DNA of 64,000 bases from the human T2T-CHM13v2.0 reference genome, Homo sapiens, in the NCBI RefSeq assembly GCF_009914755.1, contig NC_060932.1, one strand, 5' to 3'. Both the position numbers and the translations under genes were made by a program. The notes under the pieces are model-generated. The model saw only the letters and a list, made by a program, of their open reading frames with translations. It made no database searches and was not told where the DNA came from. Positions 57,660-64,000 of the stretch are shown here, in pieces (the first letter of the stretch is position 1; every line of letters begins with the position of its first letter).

Positions 57660-58362
57660 TTTTATGGTAGGTAGCCAGGCAGACATGAGTAGGGCAGGAG
57701 AGGGCCCCCTCACCTCCTACCAGGAATGTCAGGAAGCCATCAGGTGGTTGTTAAATTGCCTCCCTAAAATAGTAATTGGTCACAGCCAGCGCAAGGGAAA
57801 AACAGTCTCCCAATAGATAAAAACATCTTAAGTTAGTGTTCAGCAGCTTCCCAGTAAGATCTTAGGGGTTAGGTGACTGCGTATTCAAGCATGCAAACTA
57901 AGAGACAAAATGGCAGAATTGAACTGGTATATGACCTTCTTCTAGAAACACTCAACTGGTAAGGGAAAAATGCCTCAAGTGAGCATGTGCACAATTTTGG
58001 TAAATACACTGTGCGTGTGGCCCCTCCGAAGTGCTGGTAGGCCACTGTGCATGTGGTCATCCCACCCCAAGGGAAGAATTATGGGAGAAGGGATGCAAGA
58101 CCCAGGAAGTATGACAACATATAAAACCCCAAGTCAAAGGTCAAACAGTGCACTTGCTCTCTCAAGTCACCTGCTTGGCCCTCTTCCAAGTGTACTTTAG
58201 TTCCTTTTGTTCCTGCTCTAAACCTTTTTAACAAACTCTCATTCCTATTCTAAAACTTGCCTTGGTCTCTCATTCTGCCTTATGCCCCTTGGTAGAATTC
58301 TTTCTTCTGAGGAGGCAAGAGTTGAGGTTGCTACAGACCTGTACGGTTTCACTGCCAGTAAC
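57660..58362 (+). mobile_element. MER50 ERV1 solo LTR inside an old L1 fragment
   Basis: gtaggtagccaggcagacatgagtagggcaggagagggcccc start, catataaaa TATA, ttctgaggaggcaagagttgaggttgct end. Confidence 0.8.
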
Positions 58363-59219
58363 TATGCGCTAAGTTTTATCCATGCTGTTGAATGGAGCTG
58401 CAATTCATTCAATAGTTACGGCACTATACTCAATGTACATTAAGTCATTTACTCATTTTTATGTCAGTGGGAATTTGAGTTATTTCCCAATGTTTACGTT
58501 GCTTTCTTTTGCATTTTTGAAGTACTCTATTGATGCACAAACTTTCTTACCGCTGGAATTTTTACCTCTAAACTTTTGCCACTTGAATGGATGAGGAATG
58601 GTGTCTCATGATCTTTATTCATCTTTCCCTGAATAATACTCAGAGAAAGACAATGTTATATGTTTACATGTATCTGCTGGCCAGTAACCACGTGTTGAGT
58701 AATTTCCTTAATATTACAAAGATGCAGGGCTGGTATTAAAACCTAAATCAGTCAGATTTTAAAACCATGCCCTTTCTTCCAGTATGCTGCAATGATGACA
58801 ACATTGGAAACAGACATTATTAGTATTGATGTAGCTGTGGACTCTGAGAGTTTTTTAAACTCTTGTAAATTTTTAAATGTCACATTTGAAGCTCATTTTA
58901 TTGACAGGAGATCTGTGCCATCACAATGAGATATCTATAAACAATACTTCAAATTAGATTCTTTGGAAAGGGAGAAGAGATCTTTGAGTAAGTTTATGGA
59001 ATGAAAAAGAAACTGACCAAACTTTCTTTGTCATATTTATAGAATTTCAGATTTGGAAGAAACCTAGAAATGTAGAAGTGCAGCCTCTTTCAGCTCTCTG
59101 CCTGCTATATTATTTTATAGTCAACAAACAAACAAAAACTGGGAACTACAATGTAAAGTGGCTTCCTCAATGTCATGATTTGCTGATAAAGGAGCTGTAA
59201 CCAAAACTCAGTATGCAAA

Positions 59220-60020
<801 letters not shown>

Positions 60021-60039
60021 TTCTTCAAAAGTAAACTTA

Positions 60040-61020
60040 TCTTTTAATGAACTTTATTTCTTAGAGCAATTTCCATTTCATGGGAAAATCAAATAGAAAG
60101 TAGGGTTTCCATACACTCACTCTCCCCCAGGCCTTGCTCATGGCTTCCTCTATAGTGATATATTGCATTAGTGTGGTATGTGTGTGGTTACAATTGATGA
60201 ACCAATATTGATATCTCATTATCAAATACAGTGCATATCTTTCATTAGAGTTAACTTTATTTGTTGTCTAGTTCTTTGGGTTTGGTCAAATGCATAATGT
60301 CATGTATTCACTATTATAGTATTACAAAAAAATAGTCTTACTGTCCTAAAAATCCTCCGTGCTCTGCCTATACATTCTTTTCTCTTCATTAATCACTGGA
60401 AACCACTGATATTTTCACTTTCTCCATAGTTTTACAGATCTTTTCTTTTCCAGATGTCACATAGCTGGAATCATATAGTATGCAATTATTTTAGACTGAC
60501 TTCTTTCATTTAGCAATAAAATTTTAAGCTTCCTCTGTGTCTTTTCATGAGTAGAGAACTCACTGTTTTTACTGTGGAATGATATTCCATTCAGTAGATG
60601 CATTATGGCTTGTTTCTCCATTCACCTTTTGAAGGACTTCTTGGTTGTTTCCAATTTTTGACAAAGATGAATAAAGCTGCTATAAATGTTCCTATGCAGG
60701 ATTTTGTGTGAGCATTACCTTTTTCAACTTATTGGGTAAATACTTAGGAGCACAGTTGCAGGATTTTATAATAAGACTATGTTTATCTTGTAAGAAACTG
60801 ACAACCTGTATTCCAAAGTGGCTATACCATTTATACTCATACCAGGCATAAATGAGATCCCTGTTGCTCCACATCCCCATTCGTATTTGGTGTTGCCAGT
60901 ATTTTGCATTTTAAACATTCCAGCAGGTATGTAATGGCACCTCATTGTTTTAATTTGCAATTCCCTAAAGACAAATGATGTTGAGGATCTTTTCACATGT
61001 TTAGTTGCCCTCTGTAAACT
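60040..61020 (-). mobile_element. L1MC-type 3' end
   Basis: gttacaattgatgaaccaatattgat; minus peptide MKRSSTSFVFRELQIKTMRCHY resembles the ORF2 C-terminus. Confidence 0.85.
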
Positions 61021-61029
61021 TCAGCCTAT

Positions 61030-62130
61030 TAATTATAATTATATTGAATTCCCATTCTAATAATTCCCAGATCTTTGTCATATTTGAATCTGATTCTGAC
61101 ATTTGGTTTTTTTTTTTACTTGATACTGTAGTTTTGCTTGTAGCATATCCTGTTTTTTTTTTTTTTTTAAGTCAGACATGATGTATTGGGTAAAATGAAT
61201 TGAGGTAGTCAAGCCTTTAGAGCAAAGTTCTATGTTTATCCAGCTTGGAGTTAGACTGTGCCTAGTGTTTGGTAGAGCGGTGTTGTCAGAAGCTAAAATT
61301 ACCTCTGTGTCCTTGTTTTTTTCTCCTTTGTTGTCTTTGGATTTTCCTAGAGATTCCTTACATGAAGTCTGCGACTTGCAGTTCTGTTATCTGCAATCCT
61401 CTGCTATACAGGAGCCAAACTGATGTGGTGGCAAGGTGTATGTGAGGGAAGGGAGGCATTCTGTCATCATCAGATGAGGTCTCAGTCTTTTAGTGAGTCT
61501 GAGTTGGATATTTTCCTTCCCCCTGTCAAAGGCTGAAGGGTGCTGGAGCTGGATATTTCTGTTTATTCAAGTTGAATGCTAGAATGGGCTGGAGTTGGGT
61601 ATTTTCATTCTCCCAGTTTGGATAGGCTTTGGAAAAATCACAGACAGGCTTTAATAAAGTAGTTTTCTTCTTGAAAGCAGGTCTTGTTATGGAAAATAGC
61701 AAGCTCTGGACATATTTCAAAATGGTTATTTTCTTCTCCCAGTGCTGGAAGCATAATAAAATTTTTCTCTAATTTTAGTAATGAGTACCTGGTTAGATTC
61801 CTGGAGGTCAAACGTAAAAGTATGGGGTCCATCTGCATTGTGCCCCTTTAGGGTTTTTATTTCATAAGTTGGTAAACATTCTGCCTCCAGCAATGACCCT
61901 AACAACAGTGGCTCCAGCTGTGGACTCTTGCTCCTGACAAGCTGTGATGCTCCGCATCCAACTGTCCCTCCAGTTTTGGAGACAGCAGTTTGCCCACTGA
62001 CATCAATCCTTAAAGAATATAAGAATAGTTGTTGATTGTCAGTTTGTGCAGCTTTTTTCTGTGAAGACGGGGGTGACAACTTCCAAGCTCTGCATGTCAT
62101 ATCAGGAACTGAATGTCTCACAAACTCACA
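61030..62130 (-). mobile_element. Old L1M 5' region fragment
   Basis: cagtttgcccactgacatcaa...ttgttgattgtcagtttgtgcagcttttt...gacaacttccaagctc. Confidence 0.55.
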
Positions 62131-62419
62131 TTTTGAAAGCATGTGCATAAAAGAGTGGGAGGCATTTGTAGCCATTTTTTTTTGCAATTTGCCACAAAAA
62201 TACATGTTTCAGCGCTTTCAGTGACATTAATATATCTCTTCTCATTGTAAAAATGGCTGCGTGAATTTATATAAGTAACAATTACCTAACATTTTTAATT
62301 TCTTACTTATGCGCCAGGAAGTGGTATATATTATTGTATTAATCTTCCCTCAAGCATCTAATGTTAGGAATTGAGATCTTTATTTCAAAGCAAAATAAAT
62401 TAAAGTTTAAATAGATGTG

Positions 62420-62950
62420 TGGTCCCTATAGTACTGTCTGCTTTCTTATATACTCCTGGTCCTTTTGTTGTTTTAATTGGTAACATCAGGCCATATTTCC
62501 CAAAAAGCTATGTCAGCTATCTCCCAGGAAGTTTGGCCAATGGAGGCACTAGAAATCTGTCAAAAGTCAGGAGGAAAGAAAAGGAAAGACACTTCTCCTT
62601 CTCCTTTTGTGCCCTGAGCACAAGGTATATTGTATGTTTTGTATACTTAGCTGCTGCATTATGAGATAGCCTCAGTGTCTATGGTGAGGGTTCATCTCTC
62701 AGCAGACATATCCACCTTGATTTCGACTTTCAGGTTAGTGCATAGACTCTAATAACAATAGCTCCTTCCTTTGCCCCACCAGGAGATAATAGAGGCACCT
62801 TTTCTTGCTAATACTTTAGTTGCCTCATTTTACATTGCTCAACCTCTCAGCCTCTTTCATCACCTATGAATCTAATTCCGTTTGTATAGTCCATCTATTT
62901 TATTTATGGCTAATATCTTATTTCCTTTGGTTGAACTCTTATTAAGCAGC
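62420..62950 (+). mobile_element. LTR33-like ERVL LTR remnant
   Basis: tttggccaatggaggcactagaa, ctccttcctttgcccc; a similar 3' remnant lies at ~22050-22280. Confidence 0.45.
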
Positions 62951-63249
62951 AGCTTTCCAAATTTCCATACCTTGTTAGAACTATAGACGAAATATAGACC
63001 CAGATCAAATTCTTAATCCTGCCAATCTCTGTTGCCTCTTATGTGAAATATTTAAATTTCATATAGAATGAAACTTCTAAAAAATGATTGATGTTCCCAG
63101 AAAGATTAGAGCAGATATTGCCTCTAAAAAAATGAGAACAATGTCATTTGAAATAGAAATAAATATCAATGCAATACAAGTGTATGAAGACAAATGCAAA
63201 GGAAAGCCCCCAAGAAGTAAAACGAAAAGTCAAAGACATGGATACTTGG

Positions 63250-64000
63250 AGATAAAACATTTATAGTTTAGCTGGAAAGAAGATTTTAGAAACAATGTAA
63301 TAGACTTACATCTTCTTGTAATGGTGGAGTGATTTGGGTAATTTGCCTTGCTCACAAATAACATTTATAAAACATGGACAAAATGTTAACAACAACAAAG
63401 TGACTAAAAGTAGGAAGCAACTGGAGAAAGGTATCATTTGTACCAAAGATATTTGATAGTTTGTGTCTTCCTTTTTTTTTGCATAAGATTATTACTCAAT
63501 CAGAACATGCTGTTTGGGTGGTAAAAAGTCATAGTCTTACTAGCTTGAGGTGTACAGACAACAGTTAGGAGCCAGGAGAATAGATGAAAGCTGAAGTGAG
63601 AAAACTCTGGAACAGAAGGAAACACATAGAAGATGTGCACAAATAACGTATACATAAACCCTAACCTCTATGCATGAGAGTTCTTCAGAGATCCACAAGA
63701 TCCAGTGAACAAACAGAAGCTAAAATCTGAAATAATTGAACAGATTTCAGCTGGTGTTCATTGATAGAGAGAGAGAGTGAGAGAAAGGGAGAGTGCACTG
63801 TATTTGTAGGATCCACCCAAGTGAACTGCCTGCTGAATGGTGGGCACGAGTTTGGAAAATATTTCGGGGGAATATAGTAGAATCTAGGGGATTAATAACA
63901 TATTATTCACAGTGTTGTACAAAAAACTAAAAGTTGCTAAACAGAGAGAGAAAATGTAAAATATGAGCCATGCCTAAGGAAAGAAAAAAATTGACAGACA
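63250..64000 (+). mobile_element. Old L1M 5' fragment running off the window
   Basis: acttacatcttcttgtaatggtgg, cccaagtgaactgcctgct, gagccatgcctaaggaaagaaaa. Confidence 0.45.

Noticed and set aside
61726-62205. 159-aa minus-strand ORF
   Set aside because: Lies largely in a decayed L1 5' region; no protein motif.

Overview
This is AT-rich, CpG-depleted primate (human-like) non-coding DNA, either intergenic or a large intron. I find no supportable protein-coding exon, RNA gene, CpG island or CRISPR array. The ORF track is explained by repeats (Alu, LTR, L1 remnants) or chance. Much of the window is transposon-derived: 12 Alus, many MIR and L2 fragments, several old L1 fragments, MaLR/ERVL/ERV1 LTRs and hAT DNA-transposon MITEs. 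Repeat subfamily names come from recalled consensus sequences, not an alignment, and boundaries of old elements are approximate. I did not find a new gene system. The most notable signals are structural: (1) a ~305-bp, ~92%-identical inverted duplication at 32061-33566, lying in a 5-kb zone that also holds a dispersed ~116-bp copy and a ~85-bp tandem duplication; (2) a nested, chimeric ERVL/MaLR LTR cluster at 8.4-11.4 kb; (3) a 5'-inverted old L1 at 13.9-14.3 kb; (4) a small double-inverted template-switch scar at 40.7-40.8 kb.
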